A stretch of DNA of 64,000 nt from positions 1,005 through 65,004 of the forward strand of contig JBBAAQ010000006.1 of assembly GCA_041658255.1 (NCBI GenBank), read 5' to 3'. This DNA is from Candidatus Woesearchaeota archaeon (lineage in GTDB: Archaea; Nanobdellota; Nanobdellia; Woesearchaeales; UBA9642). A program made the position numbers and the translations under genes. How positions within the stretch are numbered: position 1 is the stretch's first letter; each line of letters opens with the position of its first letter. This document shows positions 1 to 9,330 of the stretch, in pieces. The notes beneath the pieces were generated by a model, which worked only from the letters and a program-made list of their open reading frames with translations, did not search any database and was not told the DNA's origin.

Positions 1-2
1 AA

Positions 3-401
3 GACTTCAAAGCATTCATAAAATATCATACGTATGATGCACTTTACCTCGAGGATATGTATAACGATGCAGTTGCTACAAATGATTTTAGTGTACTTGA
101 CATAAAGGAGATTGATATCTGGCGTAATTCTGAAGGTAAAGAAGCATTGAATATGGCTAAACGCATCGGCAACACCAATAAACAGATATTTTTAGTCGAC
201 AAAGTAAAACGGGTTGCAGGCAAATGGGCTCCACTCGACAGACATAATGCAGAAAATGAGGAAGATGCGTTAAGTTTTTCAGAGGATACCACGATAGCAT
301 ATCTTATCCATTCCAATGCGCAACAGCGATTCAAGGGATCGGCATTCGAAAAAATACGACGATTAGCGCCAGTATTCTATACAGATTATAAACGATTATA
401 G
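3..401 (+). CDS. hypothetical protein, 5'-truncated by the window edge
   Basis: The frame of track ORF 57-401 stays open back to nt 3. No recognisable motif. Confidence 0.4.
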   Translation, partial: DFKAFIKYHTYDALYLEDMYNDAVATNDFSVLDIKEIDIWRNSEGKEALNMAKRIGNTNKQIFLVDKVKRVAGKWAPLDRHNAENEEDALSFSEDTTIAYLIHSNAQQRFKGSAFEKIRRLAPVFYTDYKRL

Positions 402-424
402 TCTGTAGTCTTTGACTAAAAAAA

Positions 425-588
425 GTATTTACTTACTTAAATGAAGCGTTACTGTCAATGTGCGAACAAAAAAAGATTACAGATAAAGAAATTTTCACAG
501 AATTGCAAATGGTGAAAATTTCTCTCGATAAACTAATGAAATTGTGAGCGACAGTAACGCATTTAACTTCAGAATACTAAGTAAATAC
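425..588. repeat. nested imperfect inverted repeat (outer arms 425-456 / 550-588; inner perfect 11-bp hairpin 488-498 / 512-522)
   Basis: Outer arms pair gtatttact/agtaaatac, ttaaatg/catttaa and cgttactgtc/gacagtaacg. The inner hairpin pairs gaaattttcac/gtgaaaatttc. Confidence 0.7.
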
Positions 589-631
589 AAAAAAAGATAC
601 ATTTAAATAACACTTCTTATCAAAGAATGAT

Positions 632-1087
632 ATGCCATGGTGGGATATACGGACCTGGATTAAACCGAAAAATCTTTTGAAGGGAGCAATAGTTGCTGCA
701 ATATTATATGTTGGAATATCTAAATTTGCAAATTATGCTCAGCAAGAAAATGCTGCTTATGATGACGCGAAGCAGAAAAAGATTGTTGCCGTAGTACGTG
801 ACTCTACTGTTATGGGCGAAACAATTAGCGAGATCATTGGTTATGCACGATCTGTCGATGATGACCAAATTCCAACACTTTCTGCGGTTAATGAAGCACT
901 TGAAAAACTTGGAACGATTAAAGATGCTTTTTCTAATACTGTGTTTAGTCAATCGAATATTGCTGCAGTGTTAAAGGCAAATGTCGCAACTTACGGAGAA
1001 ATTCGAGATGCAATAACACTCAAAGACAATTTTAAATCAGTAAAAGAGAGCCTTGAAGCAAAACAGCGCAGATTGTTGAATAGATAG
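632..1087 (+). CDS. hypothetical protein with N-terminal membrane anchor
   Basis: Non-overlapped ORF with a hydrophobic segment (AIVAAILYVGI) near the N-terminus. Confidence 0.5.
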   Translation: MPWWDIRTWIKPKNLLKGAIVAAILYVGISKFANYAQQENAAYDDAKQKKIVAVVRDSTVMGETISEIIGYARSVDDDQIPTLSAVNEALEKLGTIKDAFSNTVFSQSNIAAVLKANVATYGEIRDAITLKDNFKSVKESLEAKQRRLLNR

Positions 1088-1150
1088 TGTTAGTGTTATT
1101 TTTCTCAAAAGCGCTTAAATTGCATCATATTCAGATAGAAGGTGAACAAC

Positions 1151-2185
1151 ATGAATCTTGAACAAATCGTAAGTGTCGGTGCAGCATTTACTGTAGGAAC
1201 TATTGCAGGATTTGTAAATGATCGGTATACCTTTTCAAAAATCGAAATAAATGCCACAATAAAAGATGTCATGAGCAGCGCGTATGCATGCGATGATACT
1301 TCGTGTGATAAATATGAGAATTGCACAGAAACACAACTATATTATGACACACAAGCAGCAAAGCACGATAATAAACCTACTACCCAAAAGAATACTAACT
1401 CTCGTCTATCAAAATTTTTGAACAAACAAGAATTTTTATTGAGTGCAATCAGCGGCATGAGTGCACATCTTGCAACTCCAAAAACTGATATCGGTTCTAG
1501 TCTATTAACACTTGGCGCAGATACTGTAGCAGCATACGGCGGCGTACGTTTAGGACGAAAAATTAGTAGATATATACGATCAAAATCACAATTGAGTGAA
1601 TCTGAAAAGGAACAATTCAATTCCTTAATAAATAATTATACCTATTCGCTCGATAATCTTGATATCGCAGGGGATGTTTTTAAAAAGATGATAACCTATG
1701 TTATAGATATTTCTCAAAAACACCACAATCCCGAGATTGTGAAAAGTCTTAGGCCAGCAATCAAAGACGCAATACATTTTACTAAGGAATATATTGCAAT
1801 AAAATCACTATTTACACCGTTAAAAGATCTCCTTCCAATACCGGTTCCTGAAGGGGTATATGCCACGCCTGCACTTGCAGAAAAGAATTTTAAGGATGAT
1901 TATTCGAAGGCGACAGTCATCATGTTCCATAAGGATAAACAGTACGAATATGAGATGAACACTCCTGATGTGATGCTTCCACTAGCTGCTGTTGACAATC
2001 TCAAAAAAACAGATTGGGACGGTTCAGTATATAGTGCAGTAAAATCGTTTTATAATTGTAAAGATCCACTAATCGTCATTCGCGGCGATGATAACCACGA
2101 ATTCATGGAAAACATGGTATTTGCAAGCATGCATTACCGTGAATCATACTCGAAGAGCGTTGCGCGTCAAGCGAAAAAAAACTAA
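1151..2185 (+). CDS. hypothetical protein
   Basis: Long non-overlapped ORF. The first ATG is at 1151 (the track start at 1142 is GTG). No known motif. Confidence 0.5.
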   Translation: MNLEQIVSVGAAFTVGTIAGFVNDRYTFSKIEINATIKDVMSSAYACDDTSCDKYENCTETQLYYDTQAAKHDNKPTTQKNTNSRLSKFLNKQEFLLSAISGMSAHLATPKTDIGSSLLTLGADTVAAYGGVRLGRKISRYIRSKSQLSESEKEQFNSLINNYTYSLDNLDIAGDVFKKMITYVIDISQKHHNPEIVKSLRPAIKDAIHFTKEYIAIKSLFTPLKDLLPIPVPEGVYATPALAEKNFKDDYSKATVIMFHKDKQYEYEMNTPDVMLPLAAVDNLKKTDWDGSVYSAVKSFYNCKDPLIVIRGDDNHEFMENMVFASMHYRESYSKSVARQAKKN

Positions 2186-2200
2186 ATGCGCTCTTCAGCA

Positions 2201-2266
2201 GGACTGGGCGTTCTGGATACGATGTGCTACTCCAGACCCACAATACGCCCAGTCCATTTATTTTTA
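2201..2266 (+). terminator. GC-rich nested hairpin followed by a T-run, between convergent genes
   Basis: An 11-bp stem (ggactgggcgt 2201-2211 / acgcccagtcc 2245-2255) encloses an inner stem ctgga/tccag and is followed by atttattttt. Confidence 0.35.
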
Positions 2267-2299
2267 TTATGTAGAAAAAATAAACATATGATAAGTATT

Positions 2300-3496
2300 C
2301 TACATCTTAAACAGTACACTCTTGATGATTGGTACGAGTACTAATATGAGGAGAACGACGAGTGTGATGATGCTTACCCGAACCCATGTCTTATATCCTT
2401 TCTCTTTACCTTGAATATCCGTAAGGCCTATGTGGAGCATTCTTCCGCCATCAACTGGTCCAAGCGGTAATAAATTTGCAAGACCGATTCCTAAACTGAG
2501 CATGAATATCCATTCGAGGAGGTTCGTTAATATGAAGAGGAGATAATATACTCCTTTATACCACCATGCTTCTGATTTGAGTACATAATTTGTTTTAATG
2601 CCTGTAACGCCTATATACCCTTTAGTTTTATCGTCGGGACTTGCAGTCGTGATCATTGTTACATTCTTCTCACTATTCACAAATGTTACTGTTTGATTTG
2701 GCTTTACGCAGGAGAGTTCGCTTACGAGCGTAGTTGAATCTTTAATAGGAACACCATTAACTTGCGTATAGGTTACACCTTTTTCTAATCCATAGGTTTC
2801 TGCAGGGTATCCTTTCTGGAGGCTGGTGAATGTGACGCCAGTAGGATCAACCATGGTCGAGAGTAGTGGATTGAAGATGAGTAAGAGTACGAGTAGGACT
2901 GCTGCTGCAAGTAGTGCATTAAAGAAGGGTCCGGCTGCAAATACTGAATGCTGCACATGACTTGATTGTTTCGTTAATTGTTTTTCGTCTGGTTCGACAA
3001 ATGCTCCGATGATTGGTCCGAAGAACACGATTCCGGTGCTTTGAATTTTGATGCCATGTGCGCGCGCAATGATTCCGTGACCAAATTCGTGGAATACGAC
3101 GACGCAGAATAATGCGATGATCCCGTACCAGAATGGAACAAATATCGGACTTCCCGGGATTTGTACGCCCGGGATAACAAGCGACATAGTAGGTAAAGCG
3201 CTTGGTACAAAGATGAGTTCATAAAGTCCTTTTATGAAAAATCCGACGATTGCGATCATTCCCAAAAATCCGATACCGATAGCACTGTAGCCAACGAGTT
3301 TTACAAATTCTTTATTCTTATCTGCAAATTTATTGATGAACTTGATGCCCCATTTTGTCTTATACATGAGGATAAATTTTGCTTCAACCTGAAACTTCTT
3401 GCGATTCAAGAAAATGACTATTGCCAAAATCACATAGAATAATAACACCCAAATCCATTCATGAGCGATAATAAAAGTCCAGAGTGCAGATACCAT
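2300..3496 (-). CDS. site-2 protease family (M50) intramembrane zinc metalloprotease with PDZ-like insert
   Basis: HEFGH (HExxH) motif, a second motif NLLPLGPVDGG, and multiple hydrophobic helices. Confidence 0.8.
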   Translation of the reverse strand: MVSALWTFIIAHEWIWVLLFYVILAIVIFLNRKKFQVEAKFILMYKTKWGIKFINKFADKNKEFVKLVGYSAIGIGFLGMIAIVGFFIKGLYELIFVPSALPTMSLVIPGVQIPGSPIFVPFWYGIIALFCVVVFHEFGHGIIARAHGIKIQSTGIVFFGPIIGAFVEPDEKQLTKQSSHVQHSVFAAGPFFNALLAAAVLLVLLLIFNPLLSTMVDPTGVTFTSLQKGYPAETYGLEKGVTYTQVNGVPIKDSTTLVSELSCVKPNQTVTFVNSEKNVTMITTASPDDKTKGYIGVTGIKTNYVLKSEAWWYKGVYYLLFILTNLLEWIFMLSLGIGLANLLPLGPVDGGRMLHIGLTDIQGKEKGYKTWVRVSIITLVVLLILVLVPIIKSVLFKM

Positions 3497-3597
3497 TATT
3501 TCAATTGGATAAACGGATGTTTATAAAGTTAGTTAATTTTAACTTTTATCCACTTCAAAAGGGTAAATTATTTAAATGATAATGAATTCTGAATGTT

Positions 3598-4599
3598 ATG
3601 CATGGAGAAATAAAACTAATTACTACGCAAGGAACATCAAGTATTACGAAAGATAATTTTTCTGAATCCTTAGAAAAGATTGTAAAGATGCTCACGCCTG
3701 GAACGCCAGTAATGTTTGACGGGTATGCTAAGACTACTCGAAGTGGGCCCTTTCCCGCGCATGATGTGAAAAAATACCTTTTCTATTCAGACGGTACAGT
3801 AACTCCGGATGGTGGATTTAGATTTCAGGAAGGAAAGCGTACTGATTTATATGTAGCGTTTACGAGAAAGGACAATCCTGAACAATATATTTTGAATATA
3901 ATTTCAAGAGATCGCTCATTACCGCAAAAAATTCTTATCCCTCATTCTGATATTGAAGGAGGGGCGCTTGTCGGTGAAGGAACAACCGAGATTATTATTG
4001 GCGGCAATCTCCGATTGCAGTATGGCAATGCAATGAATGCGATGGATTTTGCACGTAATGCAATCAATGTCGTTTTAGATAATTCATATGTCACCTTTGC
4101 ACCTATTTACCATACGCGTGAAAAATTTAACGGCCCAAGGAAAGAGTTTGAATCTCTCCGCAAGAAATTCGGCGGATCTAAAGAAGAATTCGAAGCTGCT
4201 TCTAAAAAATTTAACGGTTTTAAAGAAGAGTTTGAAAAATTCGAGAAGAACTTCACTGAATATGCATTAGTCACTGCTGCACGCAATCTCTTACTCGAAG
4301 CTCGCGTGCAGAATAAGAAACCTGCGGGAATAGAGATTGTTCCGCTTGAACGTTATTATCTTGATTCACAAAAGAATCTAATCGAAAAGTATGCTCTTGA
4401 TATCAATGATTTTGTCATCAGAGGACCGGACGGGACCGGTAAAAACGCAGATATTGCGATTTTAAAAATAGCGCATCGACTATTTCCTGGACAATTATTT
4501 GTTCTTCCTGCGCAGGATATGGATGAATTTGTTGAATCGGCGTTCTCAGAACAAGCAGTTGCAGCATATTATCCTAAGAAGTCCACTATTTTTCTTTAA
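3598..4599 (+). CDS. hypothetical protein with three tandem 14-aa KF(N/G)GxKEEFE repeats
   Basis: Long ORF. A 42-nt periodic repeat starts at 4123, 4165 and 4207. Confidence 0.5.
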   Translation: MHGEIKLITTQGTSSITKDNFSESLEKIVKMLTPGTPVMFDGYAKTTRSGPFPAHDVKKYLFYSDGTVTPDGGFRFQEGKRTDLYVAFTRKDNPEQYILNIISRDRSLPQKILIPHSDIEGGALVGEGTTEIIIGGNLRLQYGNAMNAMDFARNAINVVLDNSYVTFAPIYHTREKFNGPRKEFESLRKKFGGSKEEFEAASKKFNGFKEEFEKFEKNFTEYALVTAARNLLLEARVQNKKPAGIEIVPLERYYLDSQKNLIEKYALDINDFVIRGPDGTGKNADIAILKIAHRLFPGQLFVLPAQDMDEFVESAFSEQAVAAYYPKKSTIFL

Positions 4600-4681
4600 T
4601 TGATATCCGATAAAAAATTGTAAAGAATAATCTTTGATAAATAAAAATCAAATAGAAAAAATAAACAAAAATTCTAAGAAT

Positions 4682-4843
4682 TTACTTCTTCCTCACCGGT
4701 CTTAGCGCTTTATCATTGCATTTTCTGCACTTGACTTGTTTCGCAATGACTTTCATGTTGTCGGTTCGTATCTTACTCTTGCATTTACGGCAGACAAACA
4801 CATTCTTGTATAAGCGGACATGCGCTTCGGGAAATTTGACCAT
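4682..4843 (-). CDS. rpl40e: 50S ribosomal protein L40e
   Basis: A 53-aa ORF below the track cutoff: MVKFPEAHVRLYKNVFVCRKCKSKIRTDNMKVIAKQVKCRKCNDKALRPVRKK. It has a CxxC...CxxC zinc ribbon and a basic tail typical of archaeal L40e. Confidence 0.8.
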   Translation of the reverse strand: MVKFPEAHVRLYKNVFVCRKCKSKIRTDNMKVIAKQVKCRKCNDKALRPVRKK

Positions 4844-4869
4844 AGTATGACCTCATATATAGTATGTAT

Positions 4870-5268
4870 CTATTCTATCTTTACCTGTTTCATAACGCGA
4901 TCATTAAGGATGACCCAGTAGAGGATGTTTGAACCTTCTTTACAGGTTTCTTTTAATTCTTCAGGGATTTTAAGATCAAATGTTTCAAATGATTCTTGAT
5001 CCATAATATTTGCGACATCATTCGCAATGGATAAGACTTGTGCAGTCTTCTTTTCAATGATTGGAACATCGATATTATCGTGTCCGGGGAGTACGATCTC
5101 TCGTTTCTTTCCATCAATCATACCGATTGCAGATAATCGAACTTTTGCATGACCGTGTTTACCTGGCCGTGATGTCTGGGTGTCTGCAACAATACTTGCA
5201 ACCCCATCAATGACTACATAATTGCCTTTTTGTAATGTTCCGACTGATTTTGGTACAGTATCGCCCAT
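4870..5268 (-). CDS. eif5a: translation initiation factor 5A (aIF5A)
   Basis: Hypusine-loop motif SRPGKHGHAKVRL. 132 aa. Confidence 0.9.
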   Translation of the reverse strand: MGDTVPKSVGTLQKGNYVVIDGVASIVADTQTSRPGKHGHAKVRLSAIGMIDGKKREIVLPGHDNIDVPIIEKKTAQVLSIANDVANIMDQESFETFDLKIPEELKETCKEGSNILYWVILNDRVMKQVKIE

Positions 5269-5387
5269 AATTTCACCTAAAATATCATCATTTATACTAG
5301 AAGAAAGGAAATTTAGGGTATTTATAAATATTGCGTAATCACGAAATATCTCCGAACACCGTGAGGAGAGGTTGTTGTTGGTTTTTG

Positions 5388-6350
5388 CTAAAATGGCAGG
5401 GTGTGTATTTCTCCCTCGTTCTCTATTAATATAATATCTGATGTGTGTATATTGTCTTTAAATTTTTCAAGAAATTCTTTTAATGTATCCCTGAATTGTT
5501 TCTCTTCCTTATAGAATACCTGCACGAGGCAGTTATATTCTCCAATGCCGAAAGAAATAGCGTTGATATACTTATGATATTTACAATATTTAGATATCTT
5601 TACTATGGCCTCTTCATCAAGGTTCTTTAGCTTTATCCTTAAATTTCCAAAGAAATATCCGAATTTCTCTAAGTCAAATATGATCCTGTTTCCGAGTATG
5701 ATATTATCTTCATGTAATTTCTTTAATTTATATAGAATCAATTCACATGAAAGTTTCGTCTTTTTTGCAATATCAACTATTCTTGCTCTGCCATTCTCTT
5801 CAATAATTCTTAAAATTTTGATATCTTTTTCATCAAGGGCGTGTTTTTTTGTTGATTTTTCAGGATTTATCGGATAACTTTTTCCTTCCACTGTTAATTC
5901 AAACTCTTTAAGTGGAAAAAATTCTAATGCAGTCGTGATAAAGATTGAATGTTCTAAAATAGTGTATTTTTTTAATATGTTGCCCCATTCCTTTTGAAAT
6001 TCGTCTTTATTTCTGAATACTAAATCTGTCCCTAAATCATATTTTCCAATACAATCAAACACTGTTATGGCATCGGGGTATTTTTCCAATTCGTTCTTTA
6101 ACTGTGTTTTCTCGATTGAAGAACTGCATTTAATCAGGACAACAATAAATTCATCATAACCTAATAATCTATAATTAAATATTGTCGCATATTTCTTTAT
6201 CAATCCTTGTTTCTCATATTTTTCTAGGCGGTATTCTACCTGATCACGGGAAACCTTACACGCTTTAGCTATTTTTGTTAATGGCTCCCGGTAATGATGA
6301 TATAAGTAAGAGAGAAGTTTCTTATCGATATTGTCCAAGACTATTTCCAT
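5388..6350 (-). CDS. Lrp/AsnC-family regulator with two tandem HTH + ligand-binding modules in one polypeptide
   Basis: Two HTH_AsnC-like segments (LDNIDKKLLSYL...IAKACKVSRDQVEYRL and LDEKDIKILRII...IAKKTKLSCELILYKL), each followed by a RAM-like half. ATG at 6350 (track start is TTG). Confidence 0.7.
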   Translation of the reverse strand: MEIVLDNIDKKLLSYLYHHYREPLTKIAKACKVSRDQVEYRLEKYEKQGLIKKYATIFNYRLLGYDEFIVVLIKCSSSIEKTQLKNELEKYPDAITVFDCIGKYDLGTDLVFRNKDEFQKEWGNILKKYTILEHSIFITTALEFFPLKEFELTVEGKSYPINPEKSTKKHALDEKDIKILRIIEENGRARIVDIAKKTKLSCELILYKLKKLHEDNIILGNRIIFDLEKFGYFFGNLRIKLKNLDEEAIVKISKYCKYHKYINAISFGIGEYNCLVQVFYKEEKQFRDTLKEFLEKFKDNIHTSDIILIENEGEIHTLPF

Positions 6351-6491
6351 ACATGTCGGATAGTATACCAACTTATATATTTTACTAAAGAATTAAATAG
6401 AATAGGAAATAATTTTCATTTATTAGGAAAAATGAGGCGAAAGATTAAATAAGATAAGTGATATATCTGTATTAACTTATTGGTGATTAAA

Positions 6492-6866
6492 ATGAACAAA
6501 AATGAAATTGCAGAGAAACTTAAACAAGAGTATTTATCTAAAGAATTTCAATACCTGTTAAGCAACAGTCAACATACAAAACCCGGGGAATATAGTCTTC
6601 AAGGACCGATTTTATCAGGAATTGCGTATCAATGCGTTTTTGAAGATGTATTGAAAGATACAAATAATTTGGAATCGTTCCTATCTAATAAAGCGAATAA
6701 CCGCGACTTCAGTCATCATTTTTATGAAAGGAAAGAATTACGCGGTGAAGGTGAAAACTATATGTTTAGAAATCATGACAAAAAGTACGTCAAAAAAATC
6801 TCAGAAGAATATTATCAACAGTTGAAAATTATACTCGAACAGTATGATTCTTTGAAAGGGATTTAA
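6492..6866 (+). CDS. hypothetical protein
   Basis: Non-overlapped ORF with its first ATG at 6492. Confidence 0.45.
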   Translation: MNKNEIAEKLKQEYLSKEFQYLLSNSQHTKPGEYSLQGPILSGIAYQCVFEDVLKDTNNLESFLSNKANNRDFSHHFYERKELRGEGENYMFRNHDKKYVKKISEEYYQQLKIILEQYDSLKGI

Positions 6867-6887
6867 ATGATCAAAGATATGAATGTA

Positions 6888-7592
6888 TTACCAGAATTTA
6901 AACAATGATTTTAAAGATGTGCGGCTGTTTTTTCGTATCGCAAATTTCTTTCGTCGTAGAAAGCTTCCGAGCTTTTCTTCCATGCGTGTTCCGAATTTCG
7001 CTTCGTCAATACGAAATGCACGGGTATGCGCAGAATGCCGGCCGTTCTTGAGATTGAATGTGTGTTTCTTATGCAATAATTCATGATACATGACATAGTC
7101 CAGATAGTGCTGTTCTTCAAGGGGCAAATCCTTAAAAATCGTACTCATATAGATTGTGTCTGTTCCATACTCATAGCTTCCGAGTTTAGTAAAACTCTCC
7201 TGCGCGTAGACGAGATTTGGTTTTTGCATTGATCCATCAAAGAATTTAGCGTTGACGCGATCGAATGATGCTTCGAGTTCAGGATCATAGATATGTTTTT
7301 TTGCGTATGTAGATAATCCTTTAAGATAGGATTCATACAATTCCATATTTGATGTTTTCTTGGTTTTTAATTTACGCATCTTTACAATAAGGTTTTGGAG
7401 GAGTCCGACTTGAATATCTTCATCAACATCGCTCCATTGTTTAGAAATCGTGAATGCTATCTTATGCGCACTATACCGTACATTCCCATTATATCCTTTG
7501 AAATGCCCAGAATAGTTCAGTGTGATTTCTCGGGGTTCTTCAATGCCGAGTTCTAAGAATGCGCGTTTTGCAATCATCCAGGAAGGTTCCAT
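6888..7592 (-). CDS. HExxH zinc metallopeptidase, DUF45/SprT-like
   Basis: C-terminal motif YHELLHKKH followed by GRHSAHTRAF. ATG at 7592 with a TATA-like box about 25 nt upstream. Confidence 0.55.
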   Translation of the reverse strand: MEPSWMIAKRAFLELGIEEPREITLNYSGHFKGYNGNVRYSAHKIAFTISKQWSDVDEDIQVGLLQNLIVKMRKLKTKKTSNMELYESYLKGLSTYAKKHIYDPELEASFDRVNAKFFDGSMQKPNLVYAQESFTKLGSYEYGTDTIYMSTIFKDLPLEEQHYLDYVMYHELLHKKHTFNLKNGRHSAHTRAFRIDEAKFGTRMEEKLGSFLRRKKFAIRKNSRTSLKSLFKFW

Positions 7593-7641
7593 AAGATACA
7601 GAAACAAAGAACGGATTTATGAATGTTGCGGCGTTAATAAT

Positions 7642-9273
7642 TTATCTTCCCCCTCCTCCTCCGCCGCCAATGCCTCCACTTGCTGCGCCGCCAAATCCTC
7701 CACCTGTTGATCCGGATGATGAACCAGAGACATGCGCAATGGTGTGTGTTGCATAAATAGCAGTATACGTCTGAACTTGTACGGGTGTAATAATTTTCCA
7801 CTCCTTGAATTTGTCCAATACCACTTTCTCGACACCAAGCGCGGTTGCATAGACAAGATACTTATCCCATAAAACAATTGCTTCAGGAGGTGCCCTTGTC
7901 ATGGATTCCATTGTTTTCAGATAATTTTTGAATCCATTCCATTTCTGGTATTCGACATAATGATTCTTATGATAGCGAACAAATAAGGTGGATCCATATG
8001 CAGTGATGATGATACTGATGAATCCTGCAATGTATGCAATAATCATCGGTGTCGCACTCACAATTTGGACAAGGAGTGTAATGAAGAAAAATGCAGTAAT
8101 AAGAATATAGTTTCCGGTGTAATCAATATAATTCTTACTTTTTTCTTTAATAACCTTTTGCAGTCCACTAAATAATGTAGCGGTTACAATTCGACTTGTG
8201 AGTTCAGAACGTTTGAGTGTACGCGTCATATTAAAATAACCTTCATGCACATCTTTTACATCCGCAGTCTTCTGGAAGTGATCGATGATTTCTAAAAATG
8301 TCTTTTCCACTGGATCGAACTTTTGTGTGATTGGAGATTTTAGTTTAACATAGGTATCGCCTTTAATCTCTTTGATGTCAATGATTTTTCGCTGATAAAA
8401 ATCCATCATCAGAGTCGATGCAAAATGCTCGTCGAGTTGACCGAATGGCGGCTGGAAGAATGCGGCGACCTCCCACGGTTTTCGATCATTCGGATATTGG
8501 CTGAGTTCCCGCGGTAAATCCTCTTCCGCATATTCCTTACCGAATGCATACCATAAAAAGAAGAGTGCGATTGCAGGGAGGAGCGAGATGAGTGTGATAA
8601 AGATAATGCGTATGGTTGAATCGTCAAATGAGAAATCAGGTGTTGTAATGATGGCATATGCACTGGTATCGGTTACGGTGAATGGAATATAGAGTATGAC
8701 ATCATCAAGTGCATAATAGGATTTCTTACTCACCACATCTCCACGAACCTGAAAATTCTTTCCAATTTGCAGACGAGGATGATTCTTACTCGAATACGCG
8801 ACAAATTTAATATAGTTTTTTCTCTTAATTTCGTAGATTGTTTTCGGATGAAGCGCGTATAATGCATGAATTGTGTATTCTTGCGATTTTTTAAATCCTG
8901 TATTCGCGCCAAATCCGCAGCCGTATTCGTTGGGCGAAGTGTACGCGAGTTTTTGGGAATCGCTGGTTGAATAATACTGTCCATTAACATCCTGATAATA
9001 CGATGTTCCGCTGCTGCATTCGACTTGAGTAATGGTGATGGAATCGGTTCCGGCGACGAGCGTCGTAACAATAGGTGTTACAAAATTGCGATAGAGTGTG
9101 TGATAATCTTTGTTCGGCGTATAAGATACTGTTTCTTCAACATTGTTCCCCTGCAATTGCAGTTCTGCACTATGGAAATTGAATGTCGCAGGATAAATTG
9201 CAAGATACGCATTGAACGCGCCAATAATGAGAAAGATGACAACAATGATTGTGATAGATGTGCGCTCTCTCAT
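7642..9273 (-). CDS. DUF2207-like membrane protein with glycine-rich C-terminal tail
   Basis: N-terminal TM, extracytoplasmic domain, central TM cluster, and a tail GSSSGSTGGGFGGAASGGIGGGGGGGR. This architecture is as recalled for DUF2207. Confidence 0.55.
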   Translation of the reverse strand: MRERTSITIIVVIFLIIGAFNAYLAIYPATFNFHSAELQLQGNNVEETVSYTPNKDYHTLYRNFVTPIVTTLVAGTDSITITQVECSSGTSYYQDVNGQYYSTSDSQKLAYTSPNEYGCGFGANTGFKKSQEYTIHALYALHPKTIYEIKRKNYIKFVAYSSKNHPRLQIGKNFQVRGDVVSKKSYYALDDVILYIPFTVTDTSAYAIITTPDFSFDDSTIRIIFITLISLLPAIALFFLWYAFGKEYAEEDLPRELSQYPNDRKPWEVAAFFQPPFGQLDEHFASTLMMDFYQRKIIDIKEIKGDTYVKLKSPITQKFDPVEKTFLEIIDHFQKTADVKDVHEGYFNMTRTLKRSELTSRIVTATLFSGLQKVIKEKSKNYIDYTGNYILITAFFFITLLVQIVSATPMIIAYIAGFISIIITAYGSTLFVRYHKNHYVEYQKWNGFKNYLKTMESMTRAPPEAIVLWDKYLVYATALGVEKVVLDKFKEWKIITPVQVQTYTAIYATHTIAHVSGSSSGSTGGGFGGAASGGIGGGGGGGR

Positions 9274-9330
9274 TTTATGTATTAAAAGAATACGGTTATA
9301 AAAATGTTGTGACTTTATGTACTTGGCGAT

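Noticed and set aside
441-515. 24-aa Cys-rich basic mini-ORF (MKRYCQCANKKRLQIKKFSQNCKW) inside the nested inverted repeat
   Set aside because: It is too short and has no supporting signal. It is most likely a by-product of the palindromic sequence.
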